A stretch of DNA of 63,925 nt. Source: an uncultured Opitutaceae bacterium. Lineage in GTDB: Bacteria > Verrucomicrobiota > Verrucomicrobiia > Opitutales > Opitutaceae. Below the pieces are notes generated by a model, which was given only the letters and a program-made list of their open reading frames with translations, was not told the DNA's origin and did no database searches. The stretch spans positions 1 to 63,925 of the forward strand of contig CAYSBR010000022.1 of assembly GCA_964429385.1 (NCBI GenBank). The letters run 5' to 3'. The translations under genes and the position numbers were made by a program. Within the stretch, counting starts at the first letter, position 1, and every line of letters starts with the position of its first letter. Below are positions 10,965 to 21,210 of the stretch, one piece after another.

Positions 10965-11801
10965 TCACCGGGTCGAGTAGATCACCGGCGTCATTGGGCC
11001 GTTCATGATGCCGCCGACTTCGACGTCGGCGGCGAAGGCGGCGCGGTCGCCTTCGCGGTCCTTCGTCGTGGGTTCGATGAGGCGGATGTCCTCGTCCATG
11101 TAGATGATGGTCATGACGGCGCGGGGACGGTCGGAGGTGTTGGGGCCGGCACGGTGGAAGGTCCAGCCGTAGTGGAAGCTCACCTCGCCGAGATCGAAGG
11201 GGGTATCGTCGAGCGGGTAGTTATGGCTCTTCATGGAGCGGCCGATCTCCTTTTCGCTTTGGTCGCTGATGCCGAGTTCGCGACCGGCTTCAAACTTGTG
11301 GCTGCCCTTTGCAAAGGCGAGGGGCCCGAGTTCCATGGGCGTGGCCTGGAGGGGAATCCAGGCGGTGACGGTGTTGGGGTTGCTGAGGGGCCAGTAGTAT
11401 TGATCGGCGTGCCAGGGGGTGACGCCGCCACCGGGTTCCTTGTAGAGGGCCTGATCGTGATACATGCGCACGCCGGAAACGCCGAGCAACTCGGTGGCCA
11501 TGCGGGCGAGCCGCTGGCTCCAGCAGAGCTCTTTCACCGTGTCGTTCTTGGTCCAGATGTTGCCCACTTGAAGAAAGGCTTTGTGGTAGGTGTCACGCTG
11601 CTCGATGGGCAGGTGCATCGTGTTCAGCCGATGGACCTCGGAGGTGATGATGGGGCCGTAATGCGCGAGGACTTCAGGCGAGAGCACATGCTTGAGCTTG
11701 ATGTAGCCGTCGCGGCGGAACTGTGCGATCTGGTCGGCGGTGAGCGGATAAGGGGAATCGATGTCGAGGCTCATGGGGTTGCCGAGAGTCGTAGGCGGCA
11801 T
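10965..11801 (-). CDS. Phytanoyl-CoA dioxygenase (PhyH) family oxygenase, paralog 2 (near-identical to 9181..10002)
   Basis: ~85-90% aa identity and long stretches of nucleotide identity with paralog 1 (e.g. gatggtcatgacggcgcggggacggtcggaggtgttggggccggc); alternative start MSLDIDSPY at 11774. Confidence 0.75.
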   Translation of the reverse strand: MPPTTLGNPMSLDIDSPYPLTADQIAQFRRDGYIKLKHVLSPEVLAHYGPIITSEVHRLNTMHLPIEQRDTYHKAFLQVGNIWTKNDTVKELCWSQRLARMATELLGVSGVRMYHDQALYKEPGGGVTPWHADQYYWPLSNPNTVTAWIPLQATPMELGPLAFAKGSHKFEAGRELGISDQSEKEIGRSMKSHNYPLDDTPFDLGEVSFHYGWTFHRAGPNTSDRPRAVMTIIYMDEDIRLIEPTTKDREGDRAAFAADVEVGGIMNGPMTPVIYSTR

Positions 11802-11904
11802 TTGCAGTATCGCAAGTCCAAGGATGGCACTATTCTACGAGTAATTTACATTTTTTTAGCATGACGGCACTTGCCGGTCCCGCGAGCGCAAGAATGCTGA
11901 CACA

Positions 11905-12288
11905 GTGAACACGCGCCCGCGCCGCATCCTGATCGTGGATGATGAGGAATCCATCTGTGAGGTGACCAAACTCCTGGTCGAGATGGCGGGTCATACGGCC
12001 GTATGTGTCCACGACGGGCAGTCCGCGTTGCGGGAGCTGGATGCCGGGGGCTACGAGGTGATGATTGTGGACATGCTGATGCCGGAAATGGACGGGGTGG
12101 AGCTGATCAATGCCCTGCGCCGCCGCAGTTTCCCGGTGAGGCTCATTGCCATGTCGGGGGGCGGACACATTCCGAAGGAGAGTTATCTGAAGATCGCCCA
12201 GATGTCGGGCGCGCATGCGCTGCTGCCGAAGCCCTTCACGCGGGATCAACTGGTGCGCGCGCTCGAAGAGGCCCTCGCCGGCACCTAG
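11905..12288 (+). CDS. Single-domain response regulator (CheY-like receiver)
   Basis: 127 aa; ILIVDDEE, phospho-acceptor Asp in MIVDMLMP, conserved T/S and K (LLPKPF). Confidence 0.8.
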   Translation: MNTRPRRILIVDDEESICEVTKLLVEMAGHTAVCVHDGQSALRELDAGGYEVMIVDMLMPEMDGVELINALRRRSFPVRLIAMSGGGHIPKESYLKIAQMSGAHALLPKPFTRDQLVRALEEALAGT

Positions 12289-12388
12289 CGTGCGGAGGCT
12301 CCGGGCCGGTCTGGGTTCAATCCGCGATTTTCTTGCGGAATGGCCAGCCGGGCAGCGTCACGCAATGCGTGACACTGCGGGAGGGGGC

Positions 12389-13459
12389 TCACTTTGCGAA
12401 GAGGACGCAGACGGGCTGCGGCACGGTGGCGTCGCCGGCCACAGGTGAGAGTTGGCCGGTCTGCGGCTCCACCCGGAAGACGCGCAGCGAATCCGAATCC
12501 TGATGGGCGGAGACCAGCCAGGCGCCATCGGGGGAGAGGGCGAAGTTGCGCGGGTTGCGGCCTCCGCTCGGCGTGTGCCCGGCGGGGCTGAGCCGGCCGG
12601 TGGCGGAATCGAGGGCGAAAACCGCGATGCTGTCGTGGCCGCGGTTGGAACCGTAAACAAAGCGGCCGTTGGGATGCACCCGCACTTCAGCCGTGGTGCT
12701 CTCGCCGCTGAAACCGGCGGGCAGGGTGGGCTGGAGATCCACGAGGGTGAGCGCGCCGGTGGCGGTGGCGTAGCGATAGGAGGCGAGGGTGTTGGCGAGT
12801 TCGTTGATCACAAAGACGAACTGGCCGTCCGTGGAAAACGCGGCATGGCGCGGGCCGGCGCCGGGGGCGGTGGCGATCCACGGCGTGGCCGCGGGAGTGA
12901 GGCGCGCGGTGGCGGGATCGAGCGCGTAGGTGAAGATGCGATCGATCCCGAGGTCGCACACGATGACGAAACGGTTGTCGGGCGAGAGGGTCACCGAATG
13001 CACATGCGGCGCTTCCTGCCGCTGGGGATGCACCCCGCGGCCTTCGTGCCGGATGAGGCTGCCCGGAGCGCCGAGGGTGCCATCGGGGTTGATCGGCAGC
13101 GCCGCGACCACGCCGGAATGATAGTGCGCGAGGACGAGCGTCCGCCCGGTGCGGTCCACCACCAGATGGCAGGGGGCCTTGCCGCCGGCGTCCTGCGCTT
13201 GCAGCGGGGTCAGCCGGCCGGTCGCGGCCTCAACGGCGAAGGCGGCCGCCATCGTATCGCCTTCGCTCACGGCGTAGAGGTGGCGGTGATCGGGCGAGAG
13301 GGTGATGAAGGAGGGGTTGGCGGTGGTGGCAACGGGTTCGGGCGTGCCGAGTGCGCCGGTGCGCGCATCGAGCCGCACGGCGTAGATGCCTTTGCTCGTC
13401 GAGCGCGTGTAGGTGCCGAGGTAGAGAAGGTGTTCGGAGGTGGATTGGCTCATGGGCAT
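12389..13459 (-). CDS. Lactonase family 7-bladed beta-propeller protein (6-phosphogluconolactonase-like, Pgl/3-carboxymuconate cyclase family)
   Basis: 356 aa; repeated ...SPDG/PDNRF...beta-propeller blades, family-typical start LYLGTYT and HP.GRFVY motifs. Confidence 0.65.
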   Translation of the reverse strand: MPMSQSTSEHLLYLGTYTRSTSKGIYAVRLDARTGALGTPEPVATTANPSFITLSPDHRHLYAVSEGDTMAAAFAVEAATGRLTPLQAQDAGGKAPCHLVVDRTGRTLVLAHYHSGVVAALPINPDGTLGAPGSLIRHEGRGVHPQRQEAPHVHSVTLSPDNRFVIVCDLGIDRIFTYALDPATARLTPAATPWIATAPGAGPRHAAFSTDGQFVFVINELANTLASYRYATATGALTLVDLQPTLPAGFSGESTTAEVRVHPNGRFVYGSNRGHDSIAVFALDSATGRLSPAGHTPSGGRNPRNFALSPDGAWLVSAHQDSDSLRVFRVEPQTGQLSPVAGDATVPQPVCVLFAK

Positions 13460-13503
13460 GGGCGTTTCATGTCAGCTGCGGATGCGATGAAAAGGCAAGC
13501 GCG

Positions 13504-14085
13504 TCAGGCGGAGGCCAGCGCCTCCTTGTAGTGGCGCCGGCACATGGGCACGTAGCGTTCATTGCCACCGATCTCAACCTGCGCGCCTTCGCGGAGGGCC
13601 CGGCCGGCGGGATCGGTGCGCAGGTTCATCGTGGCCTTGCGCCCGCAGTGGCAGATGGTCTTCAGCTCGATCAGATCGTCGGCCAGGGCGAGCAGCGCGG
13701 CGCTGCCGGGGAAAAGCTTGCCCTGAAAGTCCGTGCGCAGCCCGTAGCAGAGCACGGGGATGTTCAGCGTGTCGGCGATGTCGGTGGCCTGCTCCACCTG
13801 CACGGGCGTGAGGAATTGCGCCTCATCCACCAGCACGCAGGCGACCGGGGCGAGGCCGTGCTCGCGCTGCGCGCGTTTGAAAAGATTGTCGGTGGCGGAC
13901 AGCACCTCGGCCTCCGCCTCCAGCCCGATGCGGGAGCGCACGCGGCCGAGCCCGGCCCGTGTGTCAATGGCCGGCGCGAAGACCAGGGTGCGCATGCCGC
14001 GCTCCTGATAGTTGTAGCTCGACTGGAGCAGCACGGTGGATTTGCCGGCGTTCATCGCCGAGTAGTAGAAATAGACCTTGGCCAT
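13504..14085 (-). CDS. tdk: Thymidine kinase
   Basis: 193 aa; P-loop [13 protein letters not shown], zinc-binding CxxC...C..H at C-terminus (CHCGRKAT...MCRRHY). Confidence 0.9.
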   Translation of the reverse strand: MAKVYFYYSAMNAGKSTVLLQSSYNYQERGMRTLVFAPAIDTRAGLGRVRSRIGLEAEAEVLSATDNLFKRAQREHGLAPVACVLVDEAQFLTPVQVEQATDIADTLNIPVLCYGLRTDFQGKLFPGSAALLALADDLIELKTICHCGRKATMNLRTDPAGRALREGAQVEIGGNERYVPMCRRHYKEALASA

Positions 14086-14216
14086 GCGGAGAAATGAGAA
14101 CCCTGAAGCGGGAACGGGGAAATCAGGAAAACAGGAAATCGGCCCGCGGGCGGGCCGCCCGCGCGACCTTGGGCCGACTTCCGGTTGGTCGGTTTTAGAC
14201 GCCTTCCGCGGCCGGG

Positions 14217-17200
14217 TCAGGCGAGGGCGGGTTCCGCGCCGAGGGTGCCCTGGAGTTCCTGGAGATAGGCGGGGTTCTCGACGTGGGCGAGGCGGCGGCG
14301 GGCGTTTTCCAGGCGTTGGGCGACGCCGAGGCGCGTGGCTTCGCCAGCGTAGTGATCGCGCTGGAGGAATTTTTCGAGATAGTCGCAGTGGCGCTGCCAC
14401 TGGGAGATGTCGATGGCCTGCTTGGCCTGCAGGCGGGCGCGATACCAGTCGCTCTTGATCACGCCTGCCGGTGCGAAGAGCGCGCGGAGGCCGGGATCGG
14501 CGAGGGTTTTGCCCTCGTAAACGCCGTCGCGCATGAGGTGGAGGAGAGCGCGGAGCGGCGGGCAGGCCTGGGCGATGCTGCCGTCGTTGAAGTAGTGCGC
14601 CGCGACACTGGCCTGGGTGGCGACGATGTTGTCGATGCCGTCGGCGAATTCATCGGGATCCTGCAATTCGGGCCGGAGCATCGCATCGGTGAAGACCACG
14701 TGGGGGTGGTTGAAGACGCGTCCGCAGAAATGCGTGATGAAGCGGCGGGTGATGCGGTAGCCGAGGCGGCTGGCGAGGACGGGTTTGCCGTCGTGGGTGA
14801 AATCCTCGCAGCGTTCGAGGTAGCCTTGCGCGATGAGGCTCTGCGGATCGCGTTCCTCGACGCCCATGCGGCACCAGACCTCGGGGATGAGCAGGCTGAT
14901 GTCGTGATCCACGCGCTCCTTCGGGCCGACGCAGCCGGCGGCGGAGATGAAACCGGCGTAGCCGGTGACGGCGTAGGAGACGAAGGCGGCGTTGAGATCG
15001 TAGATGGGCGGCAGCGCGTTGAAGGGGCCCTTGGTGAGCGCGCCCTCGGAGCCGGCGCCGGTGGTCGAGGGCGATTTGCCGGTGAGGCTGCAGATGAACT
15101 CCATGAAGAGTTCGGGCAGCTCCATGTAGTGCAGGGGATTGTGCACCGCGAGGGAGCGGATGCCTGCGGCGGCGTCGGCGGCGTTGTTGCGCCGCCCGGC
15201 GAGCACGGCGTTGACCGGGGTGGGGACGGGCTGCGTGGCGGGCACGCGGCGCATGAGGTGCAGGCCGATGCGGCCGAGGTAGCTGTCGCGCGGGTTGCGC
15301 AGGTTGGAGCGCACCTGGAGGTAGCGCGGGTTCTTGGAGGGTTTCCCGTCCACGATGCGCGGGTGCGCGGAGCAGACGAAATATTCGGGCCGGCCGTCGC
15401 AGGCGCGGCGGATGAGATCCTGCATCGGCGGGGTGAACTTGTCGAAGCCGATGGCATCCTCCAGCAATTCACGGGCCTGCGCGGCGGTCAGCGGCTCGTA
15501 GTTGGAGAAGAAGTTCCCGTCGCGGGCGAAGTCGCTCTCGGTCTGGTGGTCGTAGCCGCGGTGGATGGCGTCGTCGGGCCGCTGGAAGAGCCGGTATTCG
15601 CAATTGTGCACGAACTTCAGCGAGGGCTCGACCGCCGAGGCCCCGAGGCCCGTGAGCTGGTGCTTCGGCACGACGACGGAGGCGGTGATGTCGTCCTCCG
15701 TCTGGATCTTGAGCGCGGGGTGGAAATCCTTGCGCAGACCGAAGGTGCGCCAGGAGCCGTCGGCGCCGAAGCCGACGCGCAGGAAACTGGAATCAATGCG
15801 CTGGCCTTCAAAGCGCAGTTCGTTGGCCGGGGTGCCGTTGCGGACGTCCACGCCGAAGTGCGAGCGCCAGTCGTCGCCCCACTCCGCGCGGTGGAAGCGT
15901 TTCACGACGAAGACGAGTTCCTTGATGTGGGGCGGGATGGCGCCGAGCCAGGCGTTGTAGTCGTCGGAGTATTCGCTCTGCGAGGGGGTGAGCAGCTTGA
16001 TGACGGAGCCGAGCGAGCGATTGTCGCTCAGGATGGGGCGTTGGTCGGACCCGCGGCGCGCGGGATCGCGGAAACGCTGGCTGTGGTCGTGGGCGAGGAT
16101 GGCCGCGACCGCGTCGAAGTCGGTCTCGAAGCTGGCGACGAAGACCGGGCCGACGAGGATGGCGTCGGCGAGGCTCTTGGAGATTTCAGATTTGCCGCCG
16201 CCGGAGACGGTGCAGGGTTTGTGGGCGAGGGTGCACTCGGCGTGCGTGCCGACGAGGCGCCAGCTGCGGCTGCCGCGCGGTTTCTCCAGATGCACTTTGT
16301 AGCCGGAGGGCAGGATATAGGTGTGGTTGTGCCGGAGGGGATGCGTGACGGCGCGGCCGGCATGCGTCCAGCTGACGGTGGCGCCGGTGAGCTTGAAGTG
16401 CGCGTCGGCGGGCACGTAGAGGATGTCGGCATAGTTGCGGTCGGTCGCGCTGCCGTCGGGCTGCCGCTCGGCGTTGTCGCCGAGCAGGGCGAGCGCCTCG
16501 TCGAACGTATGCGGGTATTTGTGGGTGACGCGGGTCGAATCAAACTCCTCCGTGAGATCGTAGCGGGTGAAGAGCAGGGCGCCGCCGGCATGCTCCTCCT
16601 CGGCGAGGCCGTAGAGGTTGGTCGCATAGCTGATCTGCGTCTTCACCTCTTTTTTGCAGTAGCCGAAGTAGTTGTCGGAAATGAGCGTGACGATGACGCC
16701 GCGGGTGTCGCGGCTGGTGATCTTGAAGGCGCCGCCGTCGTTGTAGAGCTCGGCGGGGTCGCGCCAGCACATGCCGTCGCGCCGCTGGCGCTCGGTGGCG
16801 TCTTCCCAGCGGGGGAGGCCGAGCTCGCGCTTGGTCAGCGTTGTCAGGTGTGGGGCGAGGATGACGCAGCCGGTGTGGCCGCTCCAGTGCTCGGGATCGA
16901 GGGCGGCGTCGTTCTCGGGCAGGCGCGGGTCGCCGGCGTTGCCGAAGATGCTTTCCACGAAGTCGAGGTTGCTCACGAGACTGCCGGGCGCGAAGAAGCG
17001 GACTTCCATGCGCTTCTCCGCGGTGACGCCGGGCACACCGGGGCAGACCACGGGGCGAAGGAGGAGGGAGACAAAGCATTCGCCCGGCTCCGGCTGGGTG
17101 GAGAGGAAGGGCAGGCGTTTGAGCGCGGAGGGCGGCTGCAGCGCCCGGGCGAGCAGGCGGCCGAAAACGGCGGGGGGCACGGCTTTCTTGTCGTCGGGGA

Positions 17201-17675
17201 TGGGGAGGCCCTCCTCGGCCACGTGGAAAATGCCCTTGGTCGTGCGCCGGTCGCTGCGGGGGTTGTGCAGCACGCCCTGGCGCACGCGGTAGGAGGTGAT
17301 GATGTCGGACTCGAAGCGGTCCTGATCCGGCGGCAGCGAAAGCGTGCGGGCGAGTCCGTAGCGATCGAGCACGAAGCTGGTGGCGGGCAGGCGCGGGGCG
17401 TCGTGGCCGAGGACGGAGTCGAGGTAGTCCTGGATGCGCCGGTCCACCGGGCAGAGGTGGTGCGAGAGGAGGCGGTCTTTCTCGCGGCTGAGTGCGATGA
17501 GGCCGCTGGTGAGTTTGTCCAGCACGGCCGGTCCCTGGCGCAGCGGGAAGGTGGGCAGGCCGAGGTAGCGCAGCCGCAGATTGATGTAGAGCAACAGTTG
17601 GTGCTCTTCCTCGGCGGTGGGGCCGGAGGCAAGGCCGATGCGACTCAGTTGTTCGGAGGTGAGTGGGCCGGTCAT
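14217..17675 (-). CDS. Large (1153 aa) conserved hypothetical soluble protein, no recognised domain
   Basis: Uninterrupted frame with codon bias consistent with neighbours; start [10 protein letters not shown] at 17675; no TM or signal peptide; co-directional with tdk. Confidence 0.55.
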   Translation of the reverse strand: MTGPLTSEQLSRIGLASGPTAEEEHQLLLYINLRLRYLGLPTFPLRQGPAVLDKLTSGLIALSREKDRLLSHHLCPVDRRIQDYLDSVLGHDAPRLPATSFVLDRYGLARTLSLPPDQDRFESDIITSYRVRQGVLHNPRSDRRTTKGIFHVAEEGLPIPDDKKAVPPAVFGRLLARALQPPSALKRLPFLSTQPEPGECFVSLLLRPVVCPGVPGVTAEKRMEVRFFAPGSLVSNLDFVESIFGNAGDPRLPENDAALDPEHWSGHTGCVILAPHLTTLTKRELGLPRWEDATERQRRDGMCWRDPAELYNDGGAFKITSRDTRGVIVTLISDNYFGYCKKEVKTQISYATNLYGLAEEEHAGGALLFTRYDLTEEFDSTRVTHKYPHTFDEALALLGDNAERQPDGSATDRNYADILYVPADAHFKLTGATVSWTHAGRAVTHPLRHNHTYILPSGYKVHLEKPRGSRSWRLVGTHAECTLAHKPCTVSGGGKSEISKSLADAILVGPVFVASFETDFDAVAAILAHDHSQRFRDPARRGSDQRPILSDNRSLGSVIKLLTPSQSEYSDDYNAWLGAIPPHIKELVFVVKRFHRAEWGDDWRSHFGVDVRNGTPANELRFEGQRIDSSFLRVGFGADGSWRTFGLRKDFHPALKIQTEDDITASVVVPKHQLTGLGASAVEPSLKFVHNCEYRLFQRPDDAIHRGYDHQTESDFARDGNFFSNYEPLTAAQARELLEDAIGFDKFTPPMQDLIRRACDGRPEYFVCSAHPRIVDGKPSKNPRYLQVRSNLRNPRDSYLGRIGLHLMRRVPATQPVPTPVNAVLAGRRNNAADAAAGIRSLAVHNPLHYMELPELFMEFICSLTGKSPSTTGAGSEGALTKGPFNALPPIYDLNAAFVSYAVTGYAGFISAAGCVGPKERVDHDISLLIPEVWCRMGVEERDPQSLIAQGYLERCEDFTHDGKPVLASRLGYRITRRFITHFCGRVFNHPHVVFTDAMLRPELQDPDEFADGIDNIVATQASVAAHYFNDGSIAQACPPLRALLHLMRDGVYEGKTLADPGLRALFAPAGVIKSDWYRARLQAKQAIDISQWQRHCDYLEKFLQRDHYAGEATRLGVAQRLENARRRLAHVENPAYLQELQGTLGAEPALA

Positions 17676-17711
17676 GAGGATCAAGGAAAAGTCGGATTCG
17701 GTAACGGGCAA

Positions 17712-17726
17712 GCATTGCCGGTGCCA
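17712..17726 (-). promoter_or_regulatory. Possible sigma-54 promoter (TGGCAC-cggca-ATGC on minus strand) upstream of the 1153-aa ORF
   Basis: Reverse complement of 17712..17726; correct GG/GC spacing, -12 ATGC (3/4); ~37 nt before ATG 17675. Confidence 0.35.
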
Positions 17727-17837
17727 AGGTTGGCCCGGCGGCGCATTTGGCTTCTCATGGCGGAACAAACCCGGCAAGAGGGTGCGCGAGTTTTCACCCC
17801 GTTCCCCCGCAATCGTCACCGGTTTGAGACCTTTGTC

Positions 17838-20120
17838 ATGCAACTGAGACTGTCCGCCCCGATCACTCTCTGGGATGAGGCCCTGCCTTTGGGCAACGGC
17901 CTCCAAGGCGCCCTGTTATGGGGCGAAGGCGGCACGCTCCGTTTTTCGCTCGACCGCGGCGATCTCTGGGACGAGCGCCCGGCGCCGGGCAATCCGCTCG
18001 CGGGTTTCACCTATGCGCGGATGGCGCGGATGGTCGCCGCGCAGGACAACGATGGCGTGGCCACCATCGTGGACGGGGCGTATTTTGCCGATCATCCGAC
18101 GAAGATCCCCGCCGGGCGCATCGAGCTCGATCTGACGGACGGTGCGCAGGTGCGGGCCTTTGTTCTCGATCTGCCCACGGCGACGGCGCGCGCGGATCTG
18201 ATGGCGGGCGGGGCGGTGGAGGCTTTTTTCAGCGCGACGGAGCCGGTCGCCCTGTTGCGTGTGCCCGGCGCCGCGCCGCGGTTGCGCCTGCTGGCGCCGG
18301 AGTCGGTCAGGAAACTCGGCTATGCGGAGCCGGCGCACGGGACGGATGACACGGCGCACTGGTTTGTGCAGACGACCGCCGAGGGCGCCGCCTACTGTCT
18401 CCTCGCACAGACGCGGGCGGTGGAAGGGGCCACGCTGATTGCGACGACGGTGGCCTATTCCGCGGGGGATGGCGCCGATGTGGTGGCGGCGGCGCGGGCG
18501 CGCACCGGGGCGGCGCTGGCGGCGGGCTATGCGGCGTTGCACGCGCGGCATGCCGCGTGGTGGCGCGAGTTCTGGGCGAAATCCTCGGTCAGCGTGCCCG
18601 ACGAGCAGGTGATGCTGCACTACCAGCTCGTGCAATATTTTCACGGCGCGGCTTCGCGGCGCGGCGCGCCGCCGATTCCGTTGCAGGGGGTGTGGACGGC
18701 CGATGCCGGTGAGCTGCCGCCGTGGAAGGGCGATTACCATCACGATCTCAACACGCAGATGACCTACATGGCCTATCAGGCGGCGGGGCACTTCGATGAA
18801 GGGCTGTCGTTCCTGGAGTTCATGCGGGAGCGACTGCCGGCCTTCCGGAAATTCGCGCGCGAGTTTCTTGAGGTTCCCGGTGCGGCGGTGCCGGCGGTCA
18901 TGACGTTTGCGGGCCAGGCGATCGGCGGATGGGCGCAATACAGCCTTTCGCCGGTGCACGGCGCATGGGTGGGGCACCTTTACTACCTGCATTGGCGGCA
19001 CACGCGCGATACGGCGTTTTTGCGCGCGGTGGCCTACCCTTGGTGCGCGGAGATCGGCGAGGCGTTGCGCGCGCTGCTCCGACCCGGCGCGGACGGCGTG
19101 TGGGTGATGCCGCTCTCGGCTTCGCCCGAGGCGTGGAATCGCGACCAGCGCGCGTGGGTGACGCCGAACTCGAATTACGACGTCATGTGTCTGCGCATGC
19201 TTTTCCTCGGCAATGCCGAGATGGCGGAGGTGTTGGGCGAACGCGACGCGGCGAAGGATTGGCGCCTGCTCGCCGACGGGCTCGGTCCGTATCACGTCAA
19301 CGCGGAGAAGCAGCTCAAGATTTCGCCGGATGAGGACCTGACGTTCAGCCACCGGCATCTTGCGACGGTCATGGCGATTTACCCGTTCAACTTGCTCACC
19401 ATCGAGGGCGCGCCGGCGGAGCGCGAAGTCATCCTAGCCTCGGTGCGCGAGCTTGACCGCCTGGGCGTGCTGGAATGGTGCGGCTACAGTTATACGTGGA
19501 TGGCGGCGCTGCGCGCCCGCATCGGTGAGCCCGAGTCGGCCTTGTGGTATCTGAAATCCTACCTGCGCGCCTTCATTCTGCCGAACGGCTTCCACGCCAA
19601 CGGCGATCAGACGAAGACCGGGTTTTCCTCGCTGCACTACCGGCCCTTCACGCTGGAGGGCAACTTCCTCGCCGCCGCCGCGGTGCACGAAATGCTGCTG
19701 CAGAGCTGGTCCGCGCAGCCCGGCACGGGCGGGTGGGGGGCGCTGCGGATTTTTCCGGCGATGCCGTGGGCGTGGTCCGGGGCGTCGTTCCGGGATCTGG
19801 TCGCCGAAGGCGGGCACCGGGTGTCGGCGCGGCGCGAGAATAATGCCACGACGTGGTTTCGCATCGTGGCGGGCGGCGCGGGCGAGCTGGGCATCCGCGA
19901 TAATTTCGAGGGCCGCGTCCCGCAGTGGAACCGGGCCGGTGTGACGAAGCGCGGTGACGACTATGTGTTGGCCGTGCAGCCAGGCGACGTGATCGAGGCG
20001 GCTTTGGAGAAGCCCGCCGCGCGGCCGCCGCGCCCGCCCGCGCCGCCGGCCCCGGCCGATCATTGGGAGGGCGGGGTGCCGCTCGCGCCAAAGCATCCGG
20101 GCTATCCGATGCATCCGTGA
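17838..20120 (+). CDS. Glycoside hydrolase family 95-like (alpha-L-fucosidase-type, six-hairpin) enzyme
   Basis: N-terminal LWDEALPLGNGLQGALLWGEGG and catalytic-region WKGDYHHDLNTQMTYMAYQ motif characteristic of GH95; 760 aa; only this 3' part of the giant ORF 14283..20120 is real. Confidence 0.7.
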   Translation: MQLRLSAPITLWDEALPLGNGLQGALLWGEGGTLRFSLDRGDLWDERPAPGNPLAGFTYARMARMVAAQDNDGVATIVDGAYFADHPTKIPAGRIELDLTDGAQVRAFVLDLPTATARADLMAGGAVEAFFSATEPVALLRVPGAAPRLRLLAPESVRKLGYAEPAHGTDDTAHWFVQTTAEGAAYCLLAQTRAVEGATLIATTVAYSAGDGADVVAAARARTGAALAAGYAALHARHAAWWREFWAKSSVSVPDEQVMLHYQLVQYFHGAASRRGAPPIPLQGVWTADAGELPPWKGDYHHDLNTQMTYMAYQAAGHFDEGLSFLEFMRERLPAFRKFAREFLEVPGAAVPAVMTFAGQAIGGWAQYSLSPVHGAWVGHLYYLHWRHTRDTAFLRAVAYPWCAEIGEALRALLRPGADGVWVMPLSASPEAWNRDQRAWVTPNSNYDVMCLRMLFLGNAEMAEVLGERDAAKDWRLLADGLGPYHVNAEKQLKISPDEDLTFSHRHLATVMAIYPFNLLTIEGAPAEREVILASVRELDRLGVLEWCGYSYTWMAALRARIGEPESALWYLKSYLRAFILPNGFHANGDQTKTGFSSLHYRPFTLEGNFLAAAAVHEMLLQSWSAQPGTGGWGALRIFPAMPWAWSGASFRDLVAEGGHRVSARRENNATTWFRIVAGGAGELGIRDNFEGRVPQWNRAGVTKRGDDYVLAVQPGDVIEAALEKPAARPPRPPAPPAPADHWEGGVPLAPKHPGYPMHP

Positions 20121-20354
20121 TTTTCGGCCGCGTCGCACCTCTCAGGTCGTCCCACAACGGCGGCCGCGGGTGTGGCCGCGGATAATTCAGGCGGGGTCTT
20201 CTTTGATGACACAAATCCGCCCGAATGGAAAATCCGGATCAGGGGAGCGTGAAGAGGTCGCCTCGGGCTTGGCGAGAGTGTCGGAACGATACGTTGGTTT
20301 CCGCTGTTCATTCGTGTCTCTTCGTGTCCACTCGTGGTTCACTGAATTTCCCTC

Positions 20355-21161
20355 ATGCAATCCGTGGCTTTTCATTTCATCCGCAGTCTGCTGTTTTTCC
20401 TGGGCATGACTGCGACTCTCTCCGCCGGACAGCAGGATGGCGTCACCCAATCCGAGTGGCACGGCTACGAACGGCTCGACTTCGTGGTCGCCGGCCAGCC
20501 GGCGATCCTGATTGTGCCGAAGGAAGTCGCGCCGGGCCGGCCGTGGGTCTGGCGGGCCGAGTGGTTCGGCGACCGGCACGGGCCGCAGGTGGCGCTGGCG
20601 TTGCTGAAGCGCGGCTGGCATTACGCCTATATCAATGCGAGCGACCGCTACGGTTCGCCGGAGGCGATGCGACTCTTCGATGCGTTCTACCGGAAACTGA
20701 CGGCGGAGCAGGGGTTGGCCGCGAAAGTGGTGATCGAGGGCTTCAGTCGCGGCGGGCTGTATGCCTTCAATTTTGCGGCGGATTATCCGGAGCGGGTGGC
20801 GGCGCTCTATCTGGATGCGCCGGCACTGGATTTGAAAAGCTGGCCGGGCTACAAAACGGTGCGCTGGCCGGAAGTCGCGGCCCGCTACGGGCTCACGCTG
20901 GAAGAGCTGGAGACGGCGAAAGTGAGCCCGCTCGACCGTATCGGACCGGTGGTGCAGGCGAGGATTCCGATCATCGGGGTGAGCGGCGATGCGGATGTCA
21001 GTGTGCCACTTGAGGAAAATCTCGCGATCCTGGCGCAGCGCTATCGCGCGGCGGGTGGTTTGATCGAGGTCATCATCAAGCCTGGCGCGGGGCATTCTCC
21101 GCACAGTCTGGAGGATCCCGCGCCGATTGTGGATTTTCTGCTGCGGCATGCGGGGAGATAA
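20355..21161 (+). CDS. Secreted alpha/beta-hydrolase (esterase/peptidase S9-like)
   Basis: Signal peptide, nucleophile elbow GFSRGG, C-terminal D and H (GAGHSPH) of catalytic triad. Confidence 0.65.
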   Translation: MQSVAFHFIRSLLFFLGMTATLSAGQQDGVTQSEWHGYERLDFVVAGQPAILIVPKEVAPGRPWVWRAEWFGDRHGPQVALALLKRGWHYAYINASDRYGSPEAMRLFDAFYRKLTAEQGLAAKVVIEGFSRGGLYAFNFAADYPERVAALYLDAPALDLKSWPGYKTVRWPEVAARYGLTLEELETAKVSPLDRIGPVVQARIPIIGVSGDADVSVPLEENLAILAQRYRAAGGLIEVIIKPGAGHSPHSLEDPAPIVDFLLRHAGR

Positions 21162-21210
21162 AGCCGCCCTGCCTTCTTGCCAGTGGCGGGAGATGTGGCA
21201 GAAGCCCTGC

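Noticed and set aside
9100-11864. 322-aa and 338-aa plus-strand ORFs over the PhyH paralogs
   Set aside because: Antisense to the PhyH genes, with Gly/Val/Glu/Asp low complexity. They are duplicated only because the sense genes are duplicated.
14283-20120. 1945-aa ORF on the plus strand
   Set aside because: Its first ~3.5 kb is antisense to the well-supported minus-strand 1153-aa gene and has low-complexity G/A/V/D/E composition typical of high-GC antisense frames. Only the 3' part (17838..20120, GH95-like) has real protein features.
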